Below the pieces are notes generated by a model. It worked only from the letters and a program-made list of their open reading frames with translations, was not told where the DNA came from and searched no databases. DNA of 64,000 nucleotides from an uncultured Pseudomonadota bacterium (GTDB lineage Bacteria > Myxococcota_A > Polyangia > Fen-1088): positions 7,532 through 71,531 of the forward strand of contig CAVTSM010000009.1 of NCBI GenBank assembly GCA_963737345.1, read 5' to 3'. Both the position numbers and the translations under genes were made by a program. Below are positions 10,454 to 19,910 of the stretch, piece after piece; the first letter of the stretch is position 1; every line of letters starts with the position of its first letter.

Positions 10454-12994
10454 TCAACCCAGCCAGTAGGCCAGCTTGATAATCAGCACGTCGTCCGCCG
10501 CCCGTCCCTGCCAAATAGGTGCTAACTCCAGCTCGCGGTTTCCGTTTGCCGGGACCGTCGTTGCAGGCGTCTGGGCGCGCGTGTAGACCAAAAATAGCGT
10601 CGAGCCGAGACGGTACTCCCACCTGAGCACAACGTTTACGTTTAGGGTCGCTTGGTTGGTGTCGGGACTGGCGCTGGGCGGTGCGGCAGGAAGGAGCGAC
10701 CCGATGTCCACACGCTCGCGGAAGCTCTGCTTCGGGAATACATAAAACGGTCCGTAGTTCACCTTTGCCAGGAAGAGCTGGGCGTACACCTGTAGTGAGA
10801 GCTGTGGCGTAAAGGTGTACGCCGCCCGAATAGTTGCCCCGGCGGTGACCGCCAGCTGAAGGCCGAACGTGTAATAGGCGACACCCGTGATCGGCGACAG
10901 CGTAGGGGCGGGGCCCACGTACCTTGGCGCACCACTATCGTAGCTCACGGTAGGGGTCATGCTGATTTCCAGCTGCGGCAACAGTCGCAACGTCAGCTGC
11001 CCCTGTACGTCCAGATGGTTCCCATCGCGGTGCCGGTCGAAATCCCCGATCACGGTTCCGATCGCGCGCCGGCGTGGATCGGTCACCACGATAAGGTACA
11101 CCCCCACGTTGCCCGGCCGCTCCAGCGCAGCTCCGTCCCCCATCTCCCGGTCATCGTAGTAGTCGGCCCGGCCGTGGACCTCGAACGCGAGCGTCCAAAA
11201 GTTCGTGAACGTTAGGGTCGTGTTCGCCATCAGCTCACGCCACAGGTTCAGGCCGTCGAGCGTCTGGCGGATGTTCAGCTGCAGGCTACTGCGCGTCTCG
11301 CGCGTGCGCCGCCAAGGGGAGAGAGTCCGATACGTGAGCGTAAAATATCCCTGGTAGTCGTTCTTACGTTCCAGGTAGCCGAGGTCATTGAACTCCAGCT
11401 GGCGACCTGTCAGGTGCTGCCACGCGCTCCAAAGCCAGTGCGGCCCGCCCTCCTTTCCGATATATACCGAGGCACCACCGTCCGGGTGGCCCGGTTGAAT
11501 GGCGATGCCGTCCGGTTCGCTGCGCTGTTCGCCGCCCGACAACATGCCACCGATAATCTGCCAAGCAGCGGAGTAGTCTCCTAATCCTGACCGCCAGCGG
11601 CCATCCAGGCTCAGCACGTATGCGTCGTTCGTGCACCGAGCGCCCACGGGGGCCTGCAAGCTTGCTGCGCAGCGCTGGCCGGCGACCACCGAGCGATCGA
11701 AGCGGTTCGTCGCTGTCGCCAGGAGGCCAACGTCGGCGTTGTCCGCGACCAGTCGCTTGAGGCGCAACACGTTGTACGCTGTCACGGGCTCGGCGAGACG
11801 CAACGTTCGGGAGCCGTCTGTTGACTGCACCTCGACCGCGTTCTCGCCCGTGATGGCGGACATCGCGCCGACGGTGGTGCGCCCGTTAAAGGTGCCGGAC
11901 ATCTTGGCCGCGCCCCAAATGCGCGATGGATCCGGCAGTGCGACCAGGGCTTCGCCGCTCATCACGCTCGGGGCAGCGGGTTGCCGCCCGATGCGGCGCG
12001 AGTAGACGAGGGGGCGGATCGTCGCGAACGCGTCCAGCGCTTCTAGGAAGAACGGCCGCCTTTCCGGGAAGAAGGTCTCGAACGTCGACAGGTTTAGAAT
12101 GACGGCATCGGCCTCGACCTGTCCGAAGTCGGGATTGACCGTCATGGTCAACGTCAGCTCGTTCGTCAGATGGGCCTGCGCGTCTAGGCCGGCGGAGCCG
12201 CCAAGGAACCATCCCTTCGAGACGACCTCTTGCACGCCCGGCGCGCGGTGCTCGATGCGTCCCAACGCGAAGGGCGTCACCTCTAGCAGCCCCGGCGCCG
12301 GCAAGCCAACGAGCCCGTCCAGCCGGCCGAACCACGGGACTACGCTGGCGGCGTCACGCGGGTAGAATGCCCAGTCGTCATACTCTTGGCGGGCATCGAT
12401 GAACCGTCGGACCTGAAAACCCCATGAGGTGGTCGGGCGCGCTGTGAACCGCAACGTGGCCAGCGGAATGCGAAACTCGACGCTGTAGCCGTGCCCGATC
12501 TCGGCAACCTTGGCCTCCCAAATCCCGTCCCAATCTGACGAGAAGTCCGTATCGTTGAAGTGGACGCCGTCCATTAGCGCGCCGGCGGCGTTAATTGAGA
12601 AGTGAAACGCCGTTACGCCGTCATCGCGACTGTCGATGTCGATCCATACGCCGTCGGACGGCAGAGGGCCGTCGCGCCGCTGCAGCCGCTTAGAGATCGG
12701 CGCGTTCACCTGCGGGCAGTCGACGCCAACGTAGAGGTTGTGGTCGTCGTAAACTACGCGCACAAAGGTCGGGTCGCTGGGCGGTGCTCCCTCGCCAGGC
12801 TGGTGCTGCGTGAACCCGCCAGACACCACAGCCGTTTGCCAGACTGGGTCGTCCAGGCGACCGTCGATGTTGGGTGGCGTCACTGCACGTGTGGCGAGGG
12901 TGTGCGGGCGGAGCGGAGGCTCTACGCGCGCCGCCGTCGCAAGCGCGGCGACGACGATGGCCAGGGGGACGAGGCTCAGCACAGGTGCGACCAT
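10454..12994 (-). CDS. Secreted/outer-membrane protein with an N-terminal CBM9/DOMON-like module (DUF5916-type)
   Basis: ORF 10454-13207. Internal ATG 12994 gives a signal-peptide-like N-terminus (MVAPVLSLVPLAIVVAALATAARV). PPNIDGRLDDPVWQ...VVYDDHNLYVGVDC resembles CBM9-type modules, followed by a long beta-rich region ending KLAYWLG. Confidence 0.6.
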   Translation of the reverse strand: MVAPVLSLVPLAIVVAALATAARVEPPLRPHTLATRAVTPPNIDGRLDDPVWQTAVVSGGFTQHQPGEGAPPSDPTFVRVVYDDHNLYVGVDCPQVNAPISKRLQRRDGPLPSDGVWIDIDSRDDGVTAFHFSINAAGALMDGVHFNDTDFSSDWDGIWEAKVAEIGHGYSVEFRIPLATLRFTARPTTSWGFQVRRFIDARQEYDDWAFYPRDAASVVPWFGRLDGLVGLPAPGLLEVTPFALGRIEHRAPGVQEVVSKGWFLGGSAGLDAQAHLTNELTLTMTVNPDFGQVEADAVILNLSTFETFFPERRPFFLEALDAFATIRPLVYSRRIGRQPAAPSVMSGEALVALPDPSRIWGAAKMSGTFNGRTTVGAMSAITGENAVEVQSTDGSRTLRLAEPVTAYNVLRLKRLVADNADVGLLATATNRFDRSVVAGQRCAASLQAPVGARCTNDAYVLSLDGRWRSGLGDYSAAWQIIGGMLSGGEQRSEPDGIAIQPGHPDGGASVYIGKEGGPHWLWSAWQHLTGRQLEFNDLGYLERKNDYQGYFTLTYRTLSPWRRTRETRSSLQLNIRQTLDGLNLWRELMANTTLTFTNFWTLAFEVHGRADYYDDREMGDGAALERPGNVGVYLIVVTDPRRRAIGTVIGDFDRHRDGNHLDVQGQLTLRLLPQLEISMTPTVSYDSGAPRYVGPAPTLSPITGVAYYTFGLQLAVTAGATIRAAYTFTPQLSLQVYAQLFLAKVNYGPFYVFPKQSFRERVDIGSLLPAAPPSASPDTNQATLNVNVVLRWEYRLGSTLFLVYTRAQTPATTVPANGNRELELAPIWQGRAADDVLIIKLAYWLG

Positions 12995-13453
12995 TCTATA
13001 GCCGCTAGCTACAGCGGTCGTGGACTGCTCGCCGAGTTGGTGTCGTCCGATATGCGAAAAATGGGGCAGCCGGGGACCGGCCGCCATGAACCAGTTGGCG
13101 CACGAGTGGGGCGCTATCTGGCGTATGCTCGGCCGTGCGTTCGAAGTTGGCGACGACGCCTGTGCATAGGATCCGCCCGCGAATACCGAGCACACGTCCG
13201 AGGCCACCTGCTACTTCGCCGCGCCGGCTGTACGCCGCGCCGCAGACACAAATGCGCCCTTGAAGTGGCCGCGCCGTTAGCCCGCCCGACCTCGATGTCG
13301 CGCCGGCCCACCAGCACGCACAGCGTGCACGGGTTCGTGGCCACCGCAAGTCACAGGTGCGCGCGCGCGGTAAGGCTTTGTGGGCCCGAGAGAGAGCGGA
13401 CCCCGTGGCAAAGATCCGACGGTGGTGTTGGTCGCTTTCCCGGCGATCAGCGA

Positions 13454-14590
13454 TCAGTCAGGCCTACTCCAGCATTGCACCTCTGCGACGAGCTGGGCGG
13501 TGGCTGAGATTGAGACGTCGACCTCATTGCCGAGCGAGAGCTCGTGCGCCATCGATTCAATGTGTTTGGCCACCCTTGCGTATCGCTGCGGAATCGGGCC
13601 GCTCTCGCCCAGCTCCGCGCATGACTGACGGATGTCCTCACCAAGGCGGCGCACTGGGCACCCTCCTCTGCATTCCAGGCCGCGTTGGGCACGAACGCTG
13701 TCTAACGCTTCATCGAAGGCGGCCACGGCCAGTAACGCCGCCCCCCAACGATGGTCGGCGTTCAGCAGGAGGGCTGCCGCGCTCGCGAAGTCGAGCCCAT
13801 TCGGTACCAAGTCGTTTCGTTTCACAGCTGCCAAACGATCGCTCTCGTACATCTGGAAAAAGGCACGTAGCGAATTCTGGCTAGCGACGTGATCGACCGG
13901 GCTGGGACTCCACCAGAAATTCACGGAGATCGCCGTTCCGGGCGAGTGGACGTGATGCCACCAATAGGCGGGCAGAAACAGCATCTCGCCTGGCTTCATC
14001 GTAAACCGCATGGGAGTAGCCAGTCGGAACCGGGGGTGCTTCGTTAAATCCAGGGCGTCAAGGCGCACCTGGGACATGTGGAAATTGTCATCGCCGAGCG
14101 GGGGCGGGTAGAGGTTCTTTGTGTCGCTCGGAGAAAATATCGTGAATTCCTTCTCCCCGTAGACCTGGACGAAGAAGTTGTGCGCCTGATCAAAGTGCAA
14201 CGGGCTCACGCTACGGGAGCCGAACCAGAAATGCGGCTCCTGGGGCCCGCCGGCGATCCATTCCGGCACCCGAACATCGTCAAATAGCTCCGGGAGCCTT
14301 TGCGAGATCGGCTGCTGCTGGATGTAGATGTGTCGGCCCTCCCGGGTGTCCGTAATCAGCTGGGCGGCCTGTTCGAAGGACATGGTCCGCTCGCATAGAG
14401 ATTCACCTAGGTCGAAGTGCCCATCGTTCGACTCACGAACCACTACGAGCTTGTCCTTCAGGACGCTTGAGAGGTAATCAGGCGTCCAGAACCGGAACGC
14501 CGGCCAGTCTTTTGTGGCGTCGATGGCGATCACCGGTTGCCGGCGAGCCATGAAGTCCGGAACCTGAGCGTTGGTGACCCGCGATATCAT
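13454..14590 (-). CDS. JmjC/cupin_8-type oxygenase, second copy, with a roughly 100-aa helical C-terminal extension
   Basis: 378-aa ORF with RQPVIAIDATKDWPAFRFW at the N-terminus. HxD...H triad (PLHFDQAHN, YWWHHVHSP) and GEMLFLPAYWWH as in cupin_8 proteins. Confidence 0.75.
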   Translation of the reverse strand: MISRVTNAQVPDFMARRQPVIAIDATKDWPAFRFWTPDYLSSVLKDKLVVVRESNDGHFDLGESLCERTMSFEQAAQLITDTREGRHIYIQQQPISQRLPELFDDVRVPEWIAGGPQEPHFWFGSRSVSPLHFDQAHNFFVQVYGEKEFTIFSPSDTKNLYPPPLGDDNFHMSQVRLDALDLTKHPRFRLATPMRFTMKPGEMLFLPAYWWHHVHSPGTAISVNFWWSPSPVDHVASQNSLRAFFQMYESDRLAAVKRNDLVPNGLDFASAAALLLNADHRWGAALLAVAAFDEALDSVRAQRGLECRGGCPVRRLGEDIRQSCAELGESGPIPQRYARVAKHIESMAHELSLGNEVDVSISATAQLVAEVQCWSRPD

Positions 14591-14766
14591 TTTTGCGTCG
14601 GTCGAAACTAGGCCGCACCTGCACTACCGAGATTGTCGCGACCGAAACGCTCCCACGTGAGGCACGGGAATGTCAAGCCAAGGCGTAGGACTCTACGGGG
14701 CTCGCGCATCACTGCACACGCGTACGCGTATCCCGACACCAGGGCGGGCGTGCCCCCCCCGATCCG

Positions 14767-15924
14767 TTGCGGAGTCCGGCGGTGACGTCCTCTGAGACGG
14801 TGAAAATGCCGCGCTGCGGGTGGTCAGCGCTGCGGACCTGTTTGATGGTGGCGCGGTCGTGTGCCGGCGGAAAGGTGAGACGTCGGCCGAGCGAGCCGCA
14901 ACTGTCCTCGGGAATGCCCGAGTCGGGTCCAGGTGCCTCTGTGGATCAGGAGCTCGACCTCTTCAAACGCGCAGATGTGTGTGCGTACGCAGCGACCGGT
15001 GGATGCCACCTGGTTCGCTACGAGACCCGATATGGGGGGCGCACTCGGGGATCGACAGCCTCGAGCGTGTTGATGCGTCACCGGGCTATCGACGAGAAGG
15101 TCCTCCTCCGCCTCCATCACGACGGTCACTGCACGTATCTCAGCGTTAGGGACGAACGCGACAATGGGACGATCATCGACTTCGTCCTGCGGAGGGGAAG
15201 TGGCGGTCTTGTCGCTGTTCGGGAGGAGCTCCGTGTTTGGGCCCGCGACCTTCGCGCGACGACCGCGCCAGCGCGAGCCCGTACCCCGACGCCGGACCAA
15301 CTTGGCCGAGCCAGGGTCTGTGACGCCTATTCGCGCGCGCGGATCGTGGCGAACCATCTCCATCTGAACAGCCGCGGAATCCGACCCGAGATGCTTGCCT
15401 CCTTGCGGTTCGTAGATACCTGGCGCGTCGACATCCACGGCGATCTGCTCTTTCGGCATCGAGACGGGGTAGGTCCGGAGAGCATCTGTGGCTTCGAACG
15501 TAAGAATGCGCACTTTGCGGGCTTCTCGGCCGGTGGCCGCAAAGCCGTCTGGGTCGGCAATTCGAAAGACGATGACGACAAGCTCGTCATCACTGAGGCA
15601 GTCATCGACGCGTTCAGTTACCACCAGCTCCAACCGAACGAGCGCGCCCGCTACGCCAGTACCTGCGGCTCCTTCGGCGAGCGTCAGGGACGCCACGTCG
15701 CCGCGGCCATCGCATCCTTGCCGTCCGGTTCCACGGTCGTGATCGCAGCAGACAGCGATCTCGCCGGCGACAAGCTGGCCGAAAGGATCCGGCTTCTCGC
15801 CGCTGACGCACGAACCGTGCGCCAGCGAGCACCACTCGGCAAGGAGTGGAACGAGTGCTTGCAACGTCACGAGCGCGACTACATCAGGTCTCTGGGTCTG
15901 CCTGGACCGGGCCGGTCGCGATGA
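14767..15924 (+). CDS. DUF3991/Toprim-domain protein (TraC-like plasmid primase family)
   Basis: TTG-initiated ORF; ATG 14914 is an alternative start. Toprim Glu and DxD motifs (LVITEAVIDAFS, VVIAADSDLAGDKLA). The N-terminal half (GTIIDFVLRRGSGGLVAVREEL) resembles DUF3991. Confidence 0.65.
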   Translation: MRSPAVTSSETVKMPRCGWSALRTCLMVARSCAGGKVRRRPSEPQLSSGMPESGPGASVDQELDLFKRADVCAYAATGGCHLVRYETRYGGRTRGSTASSVLMRHRAIDEKVLLRLHHDGHCTYLSVRDERDNGTIIDFVLRRGSGGLVAVREELRVWARDLRATTAPARARTPTPDQLGRARVCDAYSRARIVANHLHLNSRGIRPEMLASLRFVDTWRVDIHGDLLFRHRDGVGPESICGFERKNAHFAGFSAGGRKAVWVGNSKDDDDKLVITEAVIDAFSYHQLQPNERARYASTCGSFGERQGRHVAAAIASLPSGSTVVIAADSDLAGDKLAERIRLLAADARTVRQRAPLGKEWNECLQRHERDYIRSLGLPGPGRSR

Positions 15925-16367
15925 CGTCATCGGGCGGGGCTCGTCGTATCACAGCAATCCAGCTCCGAACTGGCGGGGAGATCACCGCTCAACTGCTCTG
16001 CGGCGGCCCCTTTTCCATCATCAATGGCGACGGGAGCGACATCGCGCTCTTGGCTCCGGGTCGCGTGGTCGCCTATTTCGTGGCACGAGGGCACAGTATC
16101 GGCCTGTATGTGTTCCGGACGGCGGGTGGGGGAGGGCGGACCGCCGTCCCGGGCGTGAGTGAGCCCGTCTGCTTACTACTATCGAGCGGCAGGCGGGGAA
16201 CGGCCGAGCGGGTTCGCAAGTTCATCCGAAACGTGACGAGCTACGGTCATGATCCCTCCGAGCTCACGGACGAGTTCTGGACCCGCGCGGCCGGAGTTCT
16301 GCTCGCGCGGTGTCGACCCAGCGCCCAGCTGCTCTCATCGCTGCTGGCGCGGGAGTCTCGGCCGTAG
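15921..16367 (+). CDS. Hypothetical protein (ICE backbone)
   Basis: ATG 15921 overlaps the upstream stop (ATGA). GC3-rich, with no motif I recognise. Its last ~145 nt recur at 19281-19425. Confidence 0.45.
   Translation: MTSSGGARRITAIQLRTGGEITAQLLCGGPFSIINGDGSDIALLAPGRVVAYFVARGHSIGLYVFRTAGGGGRTAVPGVSEPVCLLLSSGRRGTAERVRKFIRNVTSYGHDPSELTDEFWTRAAGVLLARCRPSAQLLSSLLARESRP
16216..16360. repeat. Direct repeat copy A (3' end of gene 15921-16367)
   Basis: Aligned by eye to 19281-19425. The first 60 nt (16221-16280 vs 19286-19345) differ at 5 positions; the remainder is clearly related but more diverged. Confidence 0.75.
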
Positions 16368-16550
16368 GGACATGGTGCCAGCCTAAACACGAAACGGCCA
16401 GTGGCCGGTATCGGTCGCCGAATGCTCCCTCAGCCTCGCACATTTCGCCAAGCTCGAGGTGGCGGGGCGATTACCGCCCGGGCAGATTATCCACAACGCG
16501 ATTGCGGCCCGAGCGCGCAACTGTCTATCATCGGATCCGATTATCCAAAC

Positions 16551-17405
16551 ATGCGTACCTGCAATTTCTTAGCCACCGTTGTTGTTCTCGGTCTGATTCC
16601 GATCGCTTCGGGCTGCCCGACACGCATGGTGAACCTCCCGGACGGCGGTACTGGCGGGACCGTGGCTTCCGGCGGTGGTGGCCATGCTGGTGGCGTCGCC
16701 GGAGGTCCGGGCGGCGCGGCGGCAGGTGCGCAGGCTGTCGGAGGTGCGGTCGGTTCAGGCGGTGCTGGTGGCCTCGCTGGTATCGGCGGAACCGCGGCAG
16801 CAGGAGCCGGTGGGGCGGCGGGGGCGGTTGAAACGGGCGGAGTCGCCGGAGCGGCTGGTGGCGGCGGACACGCGACCGGCGCCGCGGGAGGGGGCGGTGC
16901 AACCGCTGGTACGGACGGAGGAACGGGCTGCCTCGCAAGTGAGGGCACCATCGACTTCGAGGATCTGTTCAATACGGAGACTTTCAAAGCAGTCTCCCTA
17001 CCGTACTTGCATGCAGGCTTCAGCCTGACGACCGACGACCCCGACGGGCTCACGGTTGTCGGAACCAAGGCTGTTCAGTACCTGGGCACGACCGCGGTGA
17101 GTGCCACCAACACCGCGATCGTCAGGCTCACCCGGACAGACGGCAAACCATTTGCGCTCCTCTGGATTGACCTCGCGCCGCATAACATCGGCCACCCGGG
17201 GATCGCATACTCGTTCATAGGGCACAGGGCGGATGGCACCACGACCAGCGAGACGATCTTGCTCCAAAGCGAGAAGGCAGGTTTTCTGCCCTACACTCTT
17301 CCGGCTTCCTTCGACAACGTACTGTCGGTCGACTGGACAATGAATACGGCGGACACGGCCCAGTACTTCGACAACATTCGCTACTCCTTTTGTCCAGGAG
17401 GCTGA
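16551..17405 (+). CDS. Lipoprotein with a Gly/Ala-rich linker, unknown C-terminal domain
   Basis: ORF 16401-17405. ATG 16551 gives a lipoprotein signal (MRTCNFLATVVVLGLIPIASGC), then ~100 aa of G/A-rich linker and a ~170-aa domain with no motif I recognise. Confidence 0.55.
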   Translation: MRTCNFLATVVVLGLIPIASGCPTRMVNLPDGGTGGTVASGGGGHAGGVAGGPGGAAAGAQAVGGAVGSGGAGGLAGIGGTAAAGAGGAAGAVETGGVAGAAGGGGHATGAAGGGGATAGTDGGTGCLASEGTIDFEDLFNTETFKAVSLPYLHAGFSLTTDDPDGLTVVGTKAVQYLGTTAVSATNTAIVRLTRTDGKPFALLWIDLAPHNIGHPGIAYSFIGHRADGTTTSETILLQSEKAGFLPYTLPASFDNVLSVDWTMNTADTAQYFDNIRYSFCPGG

Positions 17406-19231
17406 GAGGTCCGCTTCCGACGCGCGTCCGCCGACGCGCGATCGAAGTTCCTGCGGTACGCGGGAGATGTCGGATCGAGCTCGAGAGCCTTCTGGAACTG
17501 CGCTGCAGCAGAGTCGAAGTCTCGTCGCGATACGTCGACCATGCCTAAGTCGTTGTAGATGGCGGGATCGTCCGGCCGGAGCCGTAGCGCCTGCTGCAGC
17601 ACCTCGACCGCGCCGGCGAGGTCGCCCGAGCGTCCGAGCGCGACGCCGAGGTCGATGAGCAAGGGCGCATGAGACGGTCGAAGCCGCGCCGCTTCTTTGA
17701 GCTCCGTTGCCGCCTCGGCGAACCGATTCTGATCGGACAGAAGGCGCCCGAGGTCATGCCGCGCCTCGAAGTAGGTCGGACGTAAGCGAATAGCCTCTCG
17801 ATAGCCCTGTTCGGCGGCCTCTAGCTCGCCTCGATGCTGGTGAGTCACGGCCAGCACGTACACCAGCTCTGGCCGCATGTCGTCGCGCTCCGCGCAGAAG
17901 CGCCAGGGGGCGACGGTGAGAACAACCGAAACAACGACGGCGACCGTGGCCGACCAAGGCAAGGTCCATCTTCGCGAGCGGACGCTATCAGCGATGAAGG
18001 TGAGCCCTCGAGCTGCGAGGACAGCGAGAACCGGGATGAGGGCGATCCGATACCGCCCTACGACGAAAACGATGACCAGAACGGCACCGTAGCTGAAGAG
18101 CATCAGCCACAAGGGCCACGCGATTCGATGCCGTCCCACGATGCCGCCAAGAACCGCGAGCGGCAACAGCGCGCCGAACGGGAACCCGAAGAAGCCAGCT
18201 CTCCAGATGCCGGCCCTTAGTACCCACGACTCCGGTCGGAATAGATAGACGTCGAGATTCCGCGGAAGCTCTCGAGACGCGACCAGCGCAAGGGCCTTTG
18301 CGCCCAGGCCGGCGAGAAATCTCACGGGCGAATGGACGGCGAATTCGACAGCCCGGTGGCGAAACCAGTCGTCCTCCTGCCACAGGCCGGTAACGCCCTG
18401 GGCCAGCGGCCGCCGGACCATCAGGTCCCAATCCAGTCCCGGCCTCATGGCAATGATCCGGCAACCCTCGTCGTTGTTCCCGATGAAGAGATTCAAGCCC
18501 GCGGCCGCAGACATGACCGTGAACCGACCGGTCTCTTGAGAGGTGGCCAGGGCTGCGACGAACAACACGCTGAAAAGCAACGCTGCCGCGCAGGCGACCC
18601 CGCCGAGCCGACGCGGACGCGGTCCGCGAAAGGACACGACCGCTAGTCCGACCAGCCCAAGGACACAGAACGGCAGGAACGTCGACCGGATCAGGACGGC
18701 TAGCCCTGCGACCATCCCCCAGCCCACACCCCAGAACCATCGTCCGCTGTCGGCAACCCTGAGCGTCAGCAGGACAGCCGTCACCGTCAGCAGGGCCGTC
18801 AACCCTGCGTCCAGGAGTTCTCCCTCCAAGAATATCAGCGGCGCGTATAGGGCCACGATCAGGCCGGCGACCAACGCTTCCACCCGACCGAACGTCCGCC
18901 GAGCCAGAAAGTACGTGGCTACCGACGTTCCCACTCCGAGGGCGAGCTGGATCGCTTTCGCGAGCAGGACCGATGGCGCCAGCAGTCCGTAGATCAGCGA
19001 CAGAAAAAGCGGATACCCCACTCCGTGGGAAAACCAGTCGTCCGCCAGCGCCGGCCGACCGGCGGCGTACTTTCTCGCGAGGGCGTCGAAAATCTCCGAA
19101 TCGACGATCGGCAGCTCGAACGAGTCAGTTCTGGCCCTCGTCCAGAAATACGCGGCGCGAGCCACTATGGCGCATGTCGCCACCAGGATAACGAGACGAG
19201 TGTCGGCAAGCGTCTTCCGCTCTGAAATCAT
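17381..19231 (-). CDS. GT-C type membrane glycosyltransferase-like protein (family 39/83-like) with C-terminal TPR repeats
   Basis: 616-aa ORF. The N-terminal ~440 aa are multi-pass membrane sequence resembling ArnT/PMT-type enzymes. The C-terminal ~170 aa carry TPR-like repeats (EAIRLRPTYFEARHDLG, ALRLRPDDPAIYNDLG, ALELDPTSPAYRRNF). Confidence 0.6.
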   Translation of the reverse strand: MISERKTLADTRLVILVATCAIVARAAYFWTRARTDSFELPIVDSEIFDALARKYAAGRPALADDWFSHGVGYPLFLSLIYGLLAPSVLLAKAIQLALGVGTSVATYFLARRTFGRVEALVAGLIVALYAPLIFLEGELLDAGLTALLTVTAVLLTLRVADSGRWFWGVGWGMVAGLAVLIRSTFLPFCVLGLVGLAVVSFRGPRPRRLGGVACAAALLFSVLFVAALATSQETGRFTVMSAAAGLNLFIGNNDEGCRIIAMRPGLDWDLMVRRPLAQGVTGLWQEDDWFRHRAVEFAVHSPVRFLAGLGAKALALVASRELPRNLDVYLFRPESWVLRAGIWRAGFFGFPFGALLPLAVLGGIVGRHRIAWPLWLMLFSYGAVLVIVFVVGRYRIALIPVLAVLAARGLTFIADSVRSRRWTLPWSATVAVVVSVVLTVAPWRFCAERDDMRPELVYVLAVTHQHRGELEAAEQGYREAIRLRPTYFEARHDLGRLLSDQNRFAEAATELKEAARLRPSHAPLLIDLGVALGRSGDLAGAVEVLQQALRLRPDDPAIYNDLGMVDVSRRDFDSAAAQFQKALELDPTSPAYRRNFDRASADARRKRTSQPPGQKE

Positions 19232-19280
19232 CCCAGCAACCGGACCGTACCATTTTCAGTCGGCGCGGCACGGCTTCCCC

Positions 19281-19425
19281 GCAACTTCATTCGAAACGTG
19301 ACGAGCTACCGTCATGATCTCTCCGAGCTCACAGGCGAGTTCTGGGCACGCGGCGCTGGCGTCCTGTTCGGCCGGCCCGGACGGAGCGCCCAGTCGCTCT
19401 CCACGATCCTGGTACGCGAGGCTGC
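19281..19425. repeat. Direct repeat copy B (orphan 3'-end fragment related to gene 15921-16367)
   Basis: See copy A. It has no upstream coding partner, because it directly follows the start of the minus-strand gene 17381-19231. Confidence 0.75.
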
Positions 19426-19436
19426 ACGTTTGGGCG

Positions 19437-19910
19437 ATGTTGTGCGCGGGGACGGTCGCGCTGATCCTGACCACCGGCACGGCCGTCCTCGCGTCGCGAT
19501 TGACTCGGAACTACACGCCAAGTCTCCCTCGCGGGGTGTACTGGCTCAGGCCGGGGCTCCCTATTAAAAGAGGGGCGCTGGTCGATTTTCCCATCCCACC
19601 GAAGGCGCGCGGGCTGATCGCCGACCGCTACCTTCCTGCACGGTTCCATCTCCTGAAGCGTGTGGTCGCCCTGGAGGGGGACATCGTCTGCCTCGCCGAT
19701 GGCCGCTTCCTCGTCAACGGGCTCGAGATCGCGACGATTGCCAGCCGGGATTCAATAGGTCGGCCGCTGCCGGCATTCGAGTTCTGCGGTCCGGTCCCAC
19801 CTGGCACCGCGTTCGTTGCGACGCCCGTCTCGTCCAGTCTGGACTCGCGCTACTTCGGGCCCGTTCCGCTGTCGGCCCTCACCGTCGCGACGCCCGTATG
19901 GACCTCCTGA
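19437..19910 (+). CDS. traF: Conjugal transfer protease TraF (S26 signal-peptidase-like)
   Basis: ORF 19314-19910; ATG 19437 gives the TM anchor MLCAGTVALILTTG. SLPRGVYWL, LLKRVVALEGDIV and DSRYFGPV match IncP TraF. Confidence 0.85.
   Translation: MLCAGTVALILTTGTAVLASRLTRNYTPSLPRGVYWLRPGLPIKRGALVDFPIPPKARGLIADRYLPARFHLLKRVVALEGDIVCLADGRFLVNGLEIATIASRDSIGRPLPAFEFCGPVPPGTAFVATPVSSSLDSRYFGPVPLSALTVATPVWTS

Noticed and set aside
14591-14766. Left border of the conjugative element (search for a tRNA gene, integrase or att repeat)
   Set aside because: I found no tRNA-like sequence, integrase gene or repeat matching the right part of the window. The element ends probably lie outside the window or are eroded, so I call no boundary.
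16650-16920. GGN/GCN-rich tract (a similar one lies at about 39990-40190) considered as a microsatellite or contingency locus
   Set aside because: The tracts are imperfect and in frame, and form Gly/Ala-rich linkers after lipoprotein signal peptides. No exact short tandem unit is present.
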